Source: an uncultured Sulfuricella sp.
GTDB taxonomy: Bacteria; Pseudomonadota; Gammaproteobacteria; Burkholderiales; Sulfuricellaceae
DNA length: 64,000 bases
Direction of reading: 5' to 3'
Assembly: GCA_964527565.1 (NCBI GenBank)
Contig: CAZGOY010000001.1
Location: 66,495-130,494, forward strand
In this document: positions 1 through 9,282 of the stretch, piece by piece
Numbering within the stretch: the first letter of the stretch is position 1
Layout: each line of letters starts with the position of its first letter
Notes under the pieces: generated by a model
Databases searched by the model: none
What the model saw: only the letters and a program-made list of their open reading frames with translations
Told to the model about the DNA's origin: nothing
Program-made: the position numbers and the translations under genes

Positions 1-1
1 C

Positions 2-520
2 GTCAACCATGCCCATCTCGGTGCAATGGTTGAAGATTATCTGGGCGACGGCAGCCGCTTCGGGGTGCGCATCCGTTATTCGCCGGAGCGGGAGGCCCTG
101 GAAACCGCCGGCGGCATCGCCCAGGCCCTGCCGCTGCTGGGCGCCGCACCTTTCCTGGTGGTCAACGGCGATATCTATTGCGACATGGATTTCGCCGCGC
201 TCACGCTGAAGGAAGAGGACACTGCCTTCCTGGTGCTGGTCGATAATCCGCCGCAACACCCTGCCGGGGATTTTTCCCTGGACGGTGACAAGGTCGGCGA
301 CGAGGGTGAGCGCAAGCTCACTTTCAGCGGGGTGGGGGTTTATCGCCCGGAGATGTTCCGCGACATCGTGCCCGGCGCCAAGGCCAAGCTGGCGCCGCTG
401 CTGCGCGCGCAGGTGGCCGGGGGCAAAGTCGGCGGCATGCATTTTCGCGGGCGCTGGGAGGATGTCGGCACCCCGGAGCGCCTGCGCTGTCTGGATGAAG
501 CATTGAGGCAAACGGCATGA
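2..520 (+). CDS. murU: Sugar-phosphate nucleotidyltransferase, MurU / mannose-1-phosphate guanylyltransferase-like; C-terminal part only (5' end outside window)
   Basis: Frame is open from the window edge to TGA 518-520. Translation 'GVRIRYSPEREALETAGGIAQALPLLG..FLVVNGDIYCDMDF' fits the NTP-transferase family as remembered. The stop overlaps the pepP start (ATGA). Confidence 0.6.
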   Translation, partial: VNHAHLGAMVEDYLGDGSRFGVRIRYSPEREALETAGGIAQALPLLGAAPFLVVNGDIYCDMDFAALTLKEEDTAFLVLVDNPPQHPAGDFSLDGDKVGDEGERKLTFSGVGVYRPEMFRDIVPGAKAKLAPLLRAQVAGGKVGGMHFRGRWEDVGTPERLRCLDEALRQTA

Positions 521-1842
521 GGGCGCCCATGATTGACGTCGACACTTATCGCGGGCGCCGCCGCCGCCTCGCCCGGCTGATGGGTGAAGGCGTGGCGGTG
601 ATTCCTACCGCGCCGGAGCATGTGCGCAACCGCGACAGCGACTACCCCTACCGTTTCGACAGCTATTTTCATTACCTCACCGGTTTTGCCGAGCCCGAGG
701 CCGTGCTGGTGGTGATCGCCGGGAGGCGCCCGCGCAGCCTGCTGTTCTGCCGCGAAAAACATCCCGAGCGCGAAACCTGGGACGGCTTTCGCCACGGGCC
801 GCAGGCCGCGCGCACGGCGTTCGGCTTCGAGCGCGCCTACCCTGTCGCCAAGCTGGATGCCGTGTTGCCGAAGCTGCTGGAAGATCGGGAAAACCTGTTT
901 TTCCACCTGGGCGCGGATAGTGTCTGGGACGCGCGCGCGGTCGGCTGGCTCAACCGCGTGCGCGCGCAGGTGCGCAACGGCGTGGGTGCGCCGGGCGCCA
1001 TTCGCGACGTGCGCGTGCTGCTCGATGACATGCGCCTGGTCAAGGACGCCGGCGAAATCGCGCTGATGCGCCGCGCGGCGGAAATTTCCGCCGCCGCCCA
1101 TGTGCGCGCCATGCAGGCGGTCCGGCCGGGGGCCCGCGAATATGAAATCGAGGCCGAACTGCTGCATGAGTTCCGCCGCCACGGCGCGCAGGCGCCCGCC
1201 TATCCGTCCATCGTGGCGGGCGGGGCGAATGCCTGCACCCTGCATTACGTCGCCAACGATGCGCCGCTCAAGGACGGCGACCTGCTGCTGATTGATGCCG
1301 GTTGCGAACTGGACGGCTACGCCGCCGACATCACGCGCACCTTCCCGGTGAACGGGCGCTTCAATCCGGCACAACGGGATGTTTACCAGCTGGTGCTGGC
1401 GGCGCAGGCGGCGGCGCTGGCGTGCATTGCGCCCGGCAGGCACTGGGACGAACCGCACCAGGCCGCCTTGCGCGTGCTGGCGCAGGGCGGCATCGATCTC
1501 GGCCTGTGCCGCGGCAGCCTCGACGAAGTGCTGGAAAAGGGCACCTACAAGCGCTTCTACATGCACAAGACCGGTCACTGGCTGGGCATGGACGTGCATG
1601 ACGTGGGCACCTACAGGCAACGAGGTGCCTGGCGCGAATTTGAACCCGGCATGGCGCTGACGGTCGAACCGGGATGCTATATCCGTCCGGCGGACGACGT
1701 GCCCGAGCATTTCTGGCATATCGGCGTGCGCATCGAGGACGATGCGGCGGTAACCGAAAACGGCTGCGAGGTACTCACGCACGGCGCGCCGAAAAGCGTG
1801 GCCGCCATCGAGGAACTATTTTTATCAACCAAGGAAAAGTAA
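517..1842 (+). CDS. pepP: Xaa-Pro aminopeptidase (aminopeptidase P)
   Basis: 441-aa ORF with the M24B metallopeptidase signature 'HKTGHWLGMDVHDVG' and 'GVRIEDD'. An alternative ATG lies at 529. Confidence 0.9.
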   Translation: MRAPMIDVDTYRGRRRRLARLMGEGVAVIPTAPEHVRNRDSDYPYRFDSYFHYLTGFAEPEAVLVVIAGRRPRSLLFCREKHPERETWDGFRHGPQAARTAFGFERAYPVAKLDAVLPKLLEDRENLFFHLGADSVWDARAVGWLNRVRAQVRNGVGAPGAIRDVRVLLDDMRLVKDAGEIALMRRAAEISAAAHVRAMQAVRPGAREYEIEAELLHEFRRHGAQAPAYPSIVAGGANACTLHYVANDAPLKDGDLLLIDAGCELDGYAADITRTFPVNGRFNPAQRDVYQLVLAAQAAALACIAPGRHWDEPHQAALRVLAQGGIDLGLCRGSLDEVLEKGTYKRFYMHKTGHWLGMDVHDVGTYRQRGAWREFEPGMALTVEPGCYIRPADDVPEHFWHIGVRIEDDAAVTENGCEVLTHGAPKSVAAIEELFLSTKEK

Positions 1843-2570
1843 TGTTCAAATTTATTGTGAAGCGCGTTCTGCCGGCCATCCTGGCTCTGGGCATCCTGAC
1901 CGGCGGCGCCCACGCGGGACCGACGGAAGATGCCATTAAAAAGGTGTTGCAGGTGAAATTCCCCGATGCCAGTTCGCTGGCGGTCAGCAAGATTCCTGCC
2001 GGCAATCTGTATGAAGTGGTGGCCGACGGCGATTTCATCTTCTACACCGACGACAAGGTGAATTTCATCCTGCACGGCAATCTGTTCGACGGCAAGAACC
2101 AGCGCAACCTCACCGAAACCCGCATGAACGAATTGCACAAGGCGCAATTCGACAAGCTGCCGTTCGAGTCCGCCATCAAAGTGGTCAAGGGCAACGGCAA
2201 GCGCGTGGTGGCGGTGTTTTCCGACGTCGATTGCCCTTACTGCCGCCGCCTCGAAGAAGAACTGGCGAAGGTCACCGACGTGACCGTCTACACCTTCCTC
2301 TACCCCATCGACAGCCTGCATCCCGATGCCGCCCGCAAGTCGCGCGCGGTGTGGTGCGCCCCCGACCGCGTCAAAGCCTGGGACGACCTGATCAACAAGA
2401 AGATCGAGCCGAAAAACCCCGGTACCTGCGACAACCCGGTGGCCAAAAACGTCGAACTCGGGACAAAACTGGGCGTGCGCGGCACCCCGGCGATTTTCTT
2501 CGCCGACGGACGGCGCGTGCCCGGCCTGATGCCCGCCGAACAACTGGAAAAATTCCTCAGCGGCAAATAG
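1842..2570 (+). CDS. dsbC: Periplasmic thiol:disulfide interchange protein DsbC/DsbG family
   Basis: The internal ATG at 1842 overlaps the pepP stop. Signal peptide 'MFKFIVKRVLPAILALGILTGGAHA' and thioredoxin-fold CxxC 'DVDCPYCRRLE'. The upstream 56 codons of the listed ORF overlap pepP and are discounted. Confidence 0.8.
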   Translation: MFKFIVKRVLPAILALGILTGGAHAGPTEDAIKKVLQVKFPDASSLAVSKIPAGNLYEVVADGDFIFYTDDKVNFILHGNLFDGKNQRNLTETRMNELHKAQFDKLPFESAIKVVKGNGKRVVAVFSDVDCPYCRRLEEELAKVTDVTVYTFLYPIDSLHPDAARKSRAVWCAPDRVKAWDDLINKKIEPKNPGTCDNPVAKNVELGTKLGVRGTPAIFFADGRRVPGLMPAEQLEKFLSGK

Positions 2571-2582
2571 GGGTTGCGCAAT

Positions 2583-3278
2583 ATGGACCAGCCCGCCCCG
2601 CATGCCCAGGTCTGGGATCTGCCGCTACGGCTGTTTCACTGGTCGCTGGCGGCGCTGGTGGTCGGCGCCTTCGTCACCGCCAAGCTGGGCGGCGGCGCGA
2701 TGGTCTGGCATGGCCGCCTCGGGCTGGCGATCATCGGCCTCCTGGCGTTTCGCCTGGCCTGGGGCGTCGTGGGCTCCACCTACGCGCGCTTTGGCCAGTT
2801 CGTGCGCGGCCCCGCCGCCATCCGCGCCTATCTGCGCGGCGAATGGCAGGGGCTGGGGCACAATCCGCTGGGCGCGCTCTCCGTGCTGGCACTGCTGGGC
2901 GCGTTGACCTTGCAGGCCGCCAGCGGGCTGTTCTCCAATGACGACATCGCCTTTTCCGGCTACCTGGCGCCGCTGGTCGACAGCCACCTCAGCAGCGACC
3001 TGACCGGCATCCACCACTGGCTGGAAAAAATCCTCATGGCGCTGGTGGCGTTGCACGTGGGCGCCATTCTCTTCTACGCCCGCGTGAAGAAGCAGAATCT
3101 GGTGCGCCCCATGCTCACCGGCTGGACGGAGGGGAATCCCGCGCAATCCGCCAAGGGCGGCGGCGTTGCGGCCCTGGCGATGGCCGTGCTGTTTGCGCTG
3201 ACAATGGCCTGGGTTGCTTCAGGGGCGCTACTGCCGCCGCAGCTTCCCCCGCCGCCTTCCGCGGCACCGGATTGGTAA
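2583..3278 (+). CDS. Cytochrome b561 / Ni-Fe-hydrogenase b-type cytochrome-like membrane protein
   Basis: 'WDLPLRLFHWSLAALVVGAFVT' N-terminus and four hydrophobic helices with conserved His (HW, HHW, LHVG). ATG at 2583 is preferred over TTG at 2574. Confidence 0.7.
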   Translation: MDQPAPHAQVWDLPLRLFHWSLAALVVGAFVTAKLGGGAMVWHGRLGLAIIGLLAFRLAWGVVGSTYARFGQFVRGPAAIRAYLRGEWQGLGHNPLGALSVLALLGALTLQAASGLFSNDDIAFSGYLAPLVDSHLSSDLTGIHHWLEKILMALVALHVGAILFYARVKKQNLVRPMLTGWTEGNPAQSAKGGGVAALAMAVLFALTMAWVASGALLPPQLPPPPSAAPDW

Positions 3279-3470
3279 CGTTTCGGCTTCCCTGAAAAGG
3301 TCCGCCCCAAGACCAAACGGCTCCGCCAAGGTGCGGGTTCGGCGTTTTCTTTGGGTTGGGTAACTTCAGGCATTCTGGCCGCCCAGGCGCGCTTTGCCGG
3401 AGGGGCGTGTCATGCGCTGCCGGTTCAGCTATTTCCTTGTCGCTCAACGCCTTCGCTTCATCTTGCTCGG

Positions 3471-3498
3471 TTGACTTCCCCTTCCGCAACCTTACAAT
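3471..3498 (+). promoter_or_regulatory. Candidate sigma70-type promoter facing the 684-aa orphan gene
   Basis: TTGACT (3471-3476), 16-nt spacer, TACAAT (3493-3498). It lies about 210 nt upstream of the GTG at 3710. The predicted leader contains a 9-bp stem, tttatccgc (3544-3552) / gcggataaa (3594-3602). Confidence 0.35.
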
Positions 3499-3709
3499 CC
3501 CCATAGTCAACCGTCTGCCTCCCACAAGTGAGGTTCAACGAGGTTTATCCGCTGCCAATAAGTTTGACGGTTCTTGCAGGATTGGGCGGGGCGGCGGATA
3601 AACGCTATTCGTTGGGGTGCTAATGGCCCTGGGCCTGAATGGAAATTGAAGTGAGATGCGTACGACCTAAAGCCATAGTTCGACTCGTTGGCAAGCGGAG
3701 GGGGAAATA

Positions 3710-5764
3710 GTGAGTTCACAACAACGACAAATCGACAAAGACACTCGTCTTGTCCAGCAGACGCTTACGCTGACGAGCCTTGCAATATTGAAAGTAGACA
3801 TCGACGAGCGGCATCGAAATTACATCGACTACCTTGCGCAATTCGTCTTGAGCGTACTTGCTACACACAAGCCAGAACTGGTTACAGACACCAAAGTAGC
3901 TGAACTGCTCGAAGAAGACTTCGGACTGGTGGTGCCAACCAAGGGAGTTCAGCATGTACTACGAAGGCTAGCGAAAGACGGGCATGTTCGAAAGGAACAC
4001 GAAGTCTTCTATCCGGCAGCGAATCTGCCCGACGTCGGTATCGCGCCAAAGCGTGCAGAGGCAGCATCTCGGATACAACGCGTTTACGATGCCTTGTGTC
4101 GATTTCACTCCACAGTTCAATCAGAAGCAACTTGGTCAGATGCCGATGCGAGCAAAGCAATATTGGGGTTTCTTGGCAGATTCGCAGTGGACTGTCTCAA
4201 GAGCTATGTATTTAAAACCGCATTACCTCGGATACCAGATACAGGATCAAAGGAATTCTATGTTGTCGGTCGCTTTTTGCAGCATTGTCACGAATCAGAG
4301 CCCGGCCTTTTCGAGGATTTCATAGTCTTAGTCAAAGGCCAGATGTATGCTAATGCGCTTACTTGTCCCGACCTTGAGTCACTTGAAAAGAAGTTCGACA
4401 ACGTCACTTTCTATCTCGACACGCCCTTGGTTCTAAATTTGCTTGGACTGCAAGGAGCGGGGCTGTACCAAGCTAGCGAAGAACTCATCACTCTCGTCCG
4501 CGACCTGAAGGGGAGCGTAGGAGTGTTCTCGCACACGCTTGAAGAAACAAAAGGTGTGCTTCGTTTCGCTGCAAGGAATTTCGATAACCCTCAAGCAACA
4601 TCACGAATTCTGCGCGAAATGCGCAACAACGGAATAACGCTATCCGACTTGCTCATCTATATCGATCAACTGGCTGAGAGGCTCTCGTCATTCCATATCC
4701 GGGTGAAGACAACTCCTGAATATGTGAGTGATTTTCAAATTGACGAGACCACTTTCCAAGGCGTGCTAGTTGACGAAGTCCGCTATCAAGGCGACCACGC
4801 GATAAGAAACGACATTAATTCGGTTCGTAGCATCTACGTTCTCCGGCGAGGTGTTTCTCCGGCCAGACTCGAAGACTCCATAGCAGTTTTTGTAACGCCC
4901 AATCCAGCCTTGGCTAGAGTCGCCTTTGAGTTTGGAAAGACGCACAACTCATCCAAGGAGGTATCGAGTGTAATCACCGATTACAGCCTCGCAAACGTCG
5001 CTTGGCTTAAGGCACCGATGAAGCGCCCGACGCTACCCGAAAAGGAGACGATGGCGATCTGCTATGCCGCGCTAGAACCGAGTAAGGAGCTATTCCGAAA
5101 GTACGTTGAAATGATGGATCAGTTACGGAGTGCGGGGAACATCTCCGAACAGGAGCATGCAATTCTTCGTCTTTCGCCAATAGCGCAGCGCGAACTTATG
5201 GACTTTACATTAGGCGACGAAGGGGCTCTTACAGGCACAGGCCTCAGGGAGATTCTCACCCGAGTAAAGGAAAGTCTAATTGAGGAGCAAAAAACGATTG
5301 CTGCTGCTGATCGTGCGGTCGTTGAAGATCAATTGGCAAGCATCCAACTTACATTGGCAGAGCAGGAAAAGGCACATCATGACGCCATTATCAAAGAGCG
5401 AGATATTGGGCGTATGTTCAACGATGAAAAGGAGATGCTCCGCAACGACCAACATAGTGTCATCCTCACCGCATCTCATAGAGCAAGACTTGTTTCAAGG
5501 GCATTGACAATCTCGCTTATGGCTATTTTTAGTATGTTGCTCCTAGTGGGCGCTTTTGCCGGTGCCGGACTCATATCCGTCGGAACATCGACTATGCCAC
5601 TGGCAAAGGTCGCGCTTCCGGTTATCGTTGGTATTGCTGTGATTTGGGGGTGGTATAGCTGGCTAACCGGAAAGACCGTGCATGGAATTACGCAGCAACT
5701 TGAGTACGCTATCACGTTGCGAGTTTTCACTTGGCTTACCGGAAAACCAAGTTTGCCGGAATGA
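3710..5764 (+). CDS. Hypothetical 684-aa protein: winged-helix-like N-terminus, possible PIN-like core, coiled coil, two C-terminal transmembrane helices
   Basis: Long ORF in an AT-richer stretch. GTG start is preceded by GGAGGGGG 7-8 nt upstream. Motif 'VTFYLDTPLVLNLLGL' at aa 232-247, heptad-like charged segment at aa 520-580, hydrophobic helices at aa 597-622 and 629-652. I recognise no family. Confidence 0.7.
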   Translation: MSSQQRQIDKDTRLVQQTLTLTSLAILKVDIDERHRNYIDYLAQFVLSVLATHKPELVTDTKVAELLEEDFGLVVPTKGVQHVLRRLAKDGHVRKEHEVFYPAANLPDVGIAPKRAEAASRIQRVYDALCRFHSTVQSEATWSDADASKAILGFLGRFAVDCLKSYVFKTALPRIPDTGSKEFYVVGRFLQHCHESEPGLFEDFIVLVKGQMYANALTCPDLESLEKKFDNVTFYLDTPLVLNLLGLQGAGLYQASEELITLVRDLKGSVGVFSHTLEETKGVLRFAARNFDNPQATSRILREMRNNGITLSDLLIYIDQLAERLSSFHIRVKTTPEYVSDFQIDETTFQGVLVDEVRYQGDHAIRNDINSVRSIYVLRRGVSPARLEDSIAVFVTPNPALARVAFEFGKTHNSSKEVSSVITDYSLANVAWLKAPMKRPTLPEKETMAICYAALEPSKELFRKYVEMMDQLRSAGNISEQEHAILRLSPIAQRELMDFTLGDEGALTGTGLREILTRVKESLIEEQKTIAAADRAVVEDQLASIQLTLAEQEKAHHDAIIKERDIGRMFNDEKEMLRNDQHSVILTASHRARLVSRALTISLMAIFSMLLLVGAFAGAGLISVGTSTMPLAKVALPVIVGIAVIWGWYSWLTGKTVHGITQQLEYAITLRVFTWLTGKPSLPE

Positions 5765-5778
5765 GCCCGGGCAAATCT

Positions 5779-6703
5779 AATGGGGTCAGACTCTGAGGTC
5801 TCCCCACATAATGGGGTTGCTCATCAATAAGATAAAGCATATTGTTCATTAAAAACTGCACATGCATGGCAGGTTTATTGTCTTCTCTGTAGCGACCAAA
5901 CCACAAAGGAGAAACCGCCATGCATGCACTGACCATGTTACACCGCATTTTTTCCAGCCGTTGCCCCGCGATGCACGCAAAGCGCTTGACGTCGTTGCTT
6001 GCGGCGGTTGAAGCTGCGATCTCCGGGTTCAAACTGACCTTGAGCGATTTGGGTCGAGGATTGCGCGGCAAGGTTGCCGTTAAACACAACATCAAGCGCA
6101 TGGATCGCCTGCTCGGGAACACTCTGTTGCATGCCGAGATGCATGCTTTGTATGGGGCGCTCGCTGGTGAGTACTTGGCCGGAGTGAGCACCCCGCTGAT
6201 CGTGGTTGACTGGTCTGACCTGACCACGGTGCTCTCGCCACAGCCTCAAGAATGCGCGTACCCAGCGCGACCCTTGGCTTTTGGCGGTCTCGCCCGGATT
6301 GGCTCATTTAAGCGCCCAGGCCGTCACCGCCATTTACGCCCAACGGATGCAAATCGAGGAAAGTTTCCGCGATCTCAAGAGCGAACGCTTCGGTCTGGGA
6401 TTCTCCGCCAATCGCTCCACACAAAAGATGCGATTAGCGGTTCTGTTGCTCGTTGCCAACTTGGCCTCATTTGCCTTGCGACTGATTGGCGAAATCGCGC
6501 GCGAACGACAAATGGAATTTCAATTCCAAAGCAATACGAGACGTTCACGTCATGTTCTTTCCGTCATCTCCTTGGGGCGGCAACTCGTTCAGCTTGAACT
6601 CGCCGCTTTTCCACTTCGCGAATTCGAGGCTACGCTTCAGCGACTTCGATGCAACCATGCAGCTCTGGAGATTTGAGGGGAGACCTCAGAGTCTGACCCC
6701 ATT
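5779..6703 (+). mobile_element. Internally deleted IS4-family insertion sequence (about 0.9 kb between perfect terminal inverted repeats)
   Basis: GGGGTCAGACTCTGAGGTCTCCCC at 5782-5805 and its exact reverse complement at 6677-6700. The repeat extends to 27 bp, with AAT/ATT, over 5779-5805 and 6677-6703. It encloses transposase fragments. I could see no target-site duplication. Confidence 0.8.
5920..6676 (+). pseudogene. IS4-family DDE transposase, disrupted (N- and C-terminal parts in different frames, central catalytic region missing)
   Basis: N-terminal part 'MHALTMLHRIFSS...STPLIVVDWSDLT' (5920 to about 6230). C-terminal part 'AIYAQRMQIEESFRDLKSERFGL...' (about 6300-6676) carries the YREK-type motif. 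Their combined length is far below a normal IS4 transposase. Confidence 0.75.
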
Positions 6704-6761
6704 GGTTGCCATTGGTTGAGAGCGAAATTTTCTGGCCAAGGGAAGGGGGCGTTCCCCTGCC

Positions 6762-7913
6762 CTATTTGAAATACAGCCGGAGGCTATCCCAGGCGCGCTT
6801 GGCGATGTTGGCGACGGCCACGTTCTCCAGCGCCACCAGGGGAAATTCCGCATAGGGTTTGCCGTCCAGCGTCAGTCTGATGACGCCGACCCGTTGCCCT
6901 GCAGGCAAGGGAGCGAGCAGCGGCTGCTGGCTGACCATTACTGCCTTGAGGAAAGGATACTGGCCTTTCGGCAGGGATAGGTACAAATCCTCTGCAACAC
7001 CGGTATTCAGGGTGCTTTCATTCCCTTTCCACACCGGCAGCGTGGCGATCGCCCGGCCTTTTTCATACAGGCGGTGGGTGTCGAAAAACTGGAAGCCATA
7101 ATTGAGCAGTTTCTGGCTTTCAAGCGCGCGTGCGCTTTCCGACGAGGTTCCCAGCACTATCGAGATCAGCCGCCGTTGGTCGCGTTGGCCGGAAGCAATC
7201 AGGCAATAACCGGCGCTCTCGGTATGTCCGGTTTTCACCCCGTCCACGGTCGGGTCGGACCACAGCAGGCGGTTGCGGTTCGCCTGGTTGATGTTGTTGT
7301 ATTTGTATTCCTTGATGGCGTAGTACGAGTAAAACTCGGGAAAGTCGCGTATCACCGCCTGCGCCAGCAGGCCAAGATCGAAGGCGGTGGTGTAATGCTG
7401 CGCATGCGGCAGGCCGGTGACGTTCATGAAATGGGTATTCTTCATGCCCAGTTTCAGCGCCTGTTCGTTCATGCGCTCGACGAAGGCTTCCTCGCTACCG
7501 GCGATCCCTTCTGCCAGGGTGATGCAGGCATCGTTGCCGGATTGCACGATCATGCCGTGGATCAGCTGTTCCACGTTTACCGGTACATTCATCTGGATGA
7601 ACATGCGCGATCCCTCGGCGCGCCAGGCGCGCTCGGAAACCGGCAGTGTCTGGTTGAGGCTGATTTGCTTGCGGCGCAGGGCGTCGAAGGTCAGGTAGGC
7701 GGTCATCAGCTTGGTTAGTGAGGCGGGCTCCACGCGCTCATCAGCCTTGTGCTGCGCCAGGGTCTGGCCGCTATGATGGTCCAGCAGCAGGAAGGCGCGC
7801 GCAGCGACAGCGGGAACAGGAGGAGCTTGCGGGACGGGCGTGGCGGCGATGGCCTGGGCACCCACGAGAAACGACAGCAAAAACGGCAGGAACAATGAAT
7901 TCATAGGCGTCAT
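6762..7913 (-). CDS. dacC: D-alanyl-D-alanine carboxypeptidase (PBP5/6 family)
   Basis: Signal peptide, then the SxxK 'SLTKLMT', SxN 'QSGND' and KTG 'VKTGHT' motifs. Confidence 0.9.
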   Translation of the reverse strand: MTPMNSLFLPFLLSFLVGAQAIAATPVPQAPPVPAVAARAFLLLDHHSGQTLAQHKADERVEPASLTKLMTAYLTFDALRRKQISLNQTLPVSERAWRAEGSRMFIQMNVPVNVEQLIHGMIVQSGNDACITLAEGIAGSEEAFVERMNEQALKLGMKNTHFMNVTGLPHAQHYTTAFDLGLLAQAVIRDFPEFYSYYAIKEYKYNNINQANRNRLLWSDPTVDGVKTGHTESAGYCLIASGQRDQRRLISIVLGTSSESARALESQKLLNYGFQFFDTHRLYEKGRAIATLPVWKGNESTLNTGVAEDLYLSLPKGQYPFLKAVMVSQQPLLAPLPAGQRVGVIRLTLDGKPYAEFPLVALENVAVANIAKRAWDSLRLYFK

Positions 7914-7936
7914 TCTACCCTACACGTCTGCAGGTT

Positions 7937-8716
7937 TCACCCCGCGCCGGGACGCGCCGGAAATAATGTATCAGAGATGGCGTTGTGCAGCGTTCCTGCC
8001 AGTTCGCGCCGGTTCCGGCCATGCGGCGCCAGCAGGGCGGTGAAGTGCAATTCGGCCTGGATGGCCGGGCGCCGCAGGATGTTGCGCAGGCTGTCGCCGA
8101 AGGAGAGATCGTCGATATAGGCGGGCGCCGTGTCGGGTTCGCCGTTTTCACCAGTGTAACGTATCGCCACTGCCTGTAGCGGGGCATCGGCATCAATCGC
8201 CGGTTGCAGCAGCGCGGCGTGGAAATGCCGCACCTGGCGCCCATCGGTGGTGGTGCCTTCCGGGAACAGGGCGACGAAATCGCCTTCGTGCAGGGCGCTT
8301 TCGATGTCGCGGTTGGCGCGACCGGCGTCGCGGCGGCTGCTACGGTCGAGGAACAGGGTGCCGGTGCGGGCGGACAGAAAGCCGACCAGCGGCCAGCCGC
8401 GCACTTCGCTCTTGGCGACGAAACGCATCGGGTGCACGGCATTCAGCAGGAAAATGTCCAGCCAGGAAATGTGGTTGGCGGCTAACAGTATCCCGCCCCC
8501 GCACCCACTCCGTCGGGGAGCGTCTCCCCGTATGGTCAGGCGGATACGGAGAATGTCCAGCAATTTTGCCGACCAGTTACGGACCAGCCTGCTGCGTGCG
8601 CAGGGAGCGAGAAACGGGAACAGCAGGGCGGCGCTCAGTAGCCCCCGAAGCACATGCAGCGCCAGGCGTGTTGCGCGCGCCAGGCGGATGATGGGCGCGG
8701 TCTGCGGATAATTCAA
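7937..8716 (-). CDS. Lysophospholipid (1-acyl-sn-glycerol-3-phosphate) acyltransferase family protein
   Basis: HxxxxD box 'NHISWLDI' and 'FPEGTTTDG'. There is no in-frame ATG near the N-terminus. A TTG at 8716 overlaps the upstream stop (TTGA), so the start is uncertain. Confidence 0.7.
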   Translation of the reverse strand: MNYPQTAPIIRLARATRLALHVLRGLLSAALLFPFLAPCARSRLVRNWSAKLLDILRIRLTIRGDAPRRSGCGGGILLAANHISWLDIFLLNAVHPMRFVAKSEVRGWPLVGFLSARTGTLFLDRSSRRDAGRANRDIESALHEGDFVALFPEGTTTDGRQVRHFHAALLQPAIDADAPLQAVAIRYTGENGEPDTAPAYIDDLSFGDSLRNILRRPAIQAELHFTALLAPHGRNRRELAGTLHNAISDTLFPARPGAG

Positions 8717-9282
8717 AAGGCGATGCTGTCCACAACCAGGGTGTCGCGCAGGCCTTTCAACACGTTCTTGACGGCCTCGGGCGCTTCGATCTCGATGATC
8801 TGGTCGATGATCCACGATTGGTCCTGCTTGCCCATCAGTTCCATGATGCGGTTGCCGAGGTAGCGCAGGGTGGAATAGTCCGGCTCTTCGGCGTAGTCGA
8901 AGAGAGCGTAGTCGCCAAGGCGCGCGTTGAGCAGGCCGACGAAGCGCGTCCGGTAGTCCGCGTCCTCAGGCGGTCCAAAGCGTGCGAGTTGGTTGTCTTC
9001 AAGGATTTCTCCCAGGCGCTTGGCTACCGCCTGTACCACCGGCGCACGCAATTCGCCTCCCAGGCGCAGGTAGGCGACGCGGTCGGTCAACTGAACGAAA
9101 AAGGCGAGGAATTCGCCGATCATGTCGAAAGCCTGCTGTTGCGAGGCGATCTCGAATTTGTCCTTTTGAATATGCGTGACGGTTTCTTCGGTCACGCGCC
9201 AGATGATGAAGGCGATGACGCTGGCAACCTGTTGCACGGTTTTCGGCTTGTCGCCCTTGTGCCATTGGGATTTTATGCGCAT
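8713..9282 (-). CDS. Hypothetical protein (about 189 aa)
   Basis: ORF with plausible start 'MRIKSQWHKGDKP'. It is packed between sseA and the acyltransferase with overlapping stop/start codons. No family recognised. Confidence 0.55.
   Translation of the reverse strand: MRIKSQWHKGDKPKTVQQVASVIAFIIWRVTEETVTHIQKDKFEIASQQQAFDMIGEFLAFFVQLTDRVAYLRLGGELRAPVVQAVAKRLGEILEDNQLARFGPPEDADYRTRFVGLLNARLGDYALFDYAEEPDYSTLRYLGNRIMELMGKQDQSWIIDQIIEIEAPEAVKNVLKGLRDTLVVDSIAF

Noticed and set aside
340-1782. 480-aa ORF antisense to pepP
   Set aside because: The opposite strand encodes a well-supported aminopeptidase P. The translation is Arg/Ala/Gly-rich low-complexity sequence, typical of stop-free antisense frames in GC-rich DNA.
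3544-3602. Leader hairpin upstream of the 684-aa gene considered as a riboswitch or small RNA
   Set aside because: Only a single 9-bp stem encloses 41 nt, with no resemblance to a riboswitch class I know. It is kept as a note under the islet finding.
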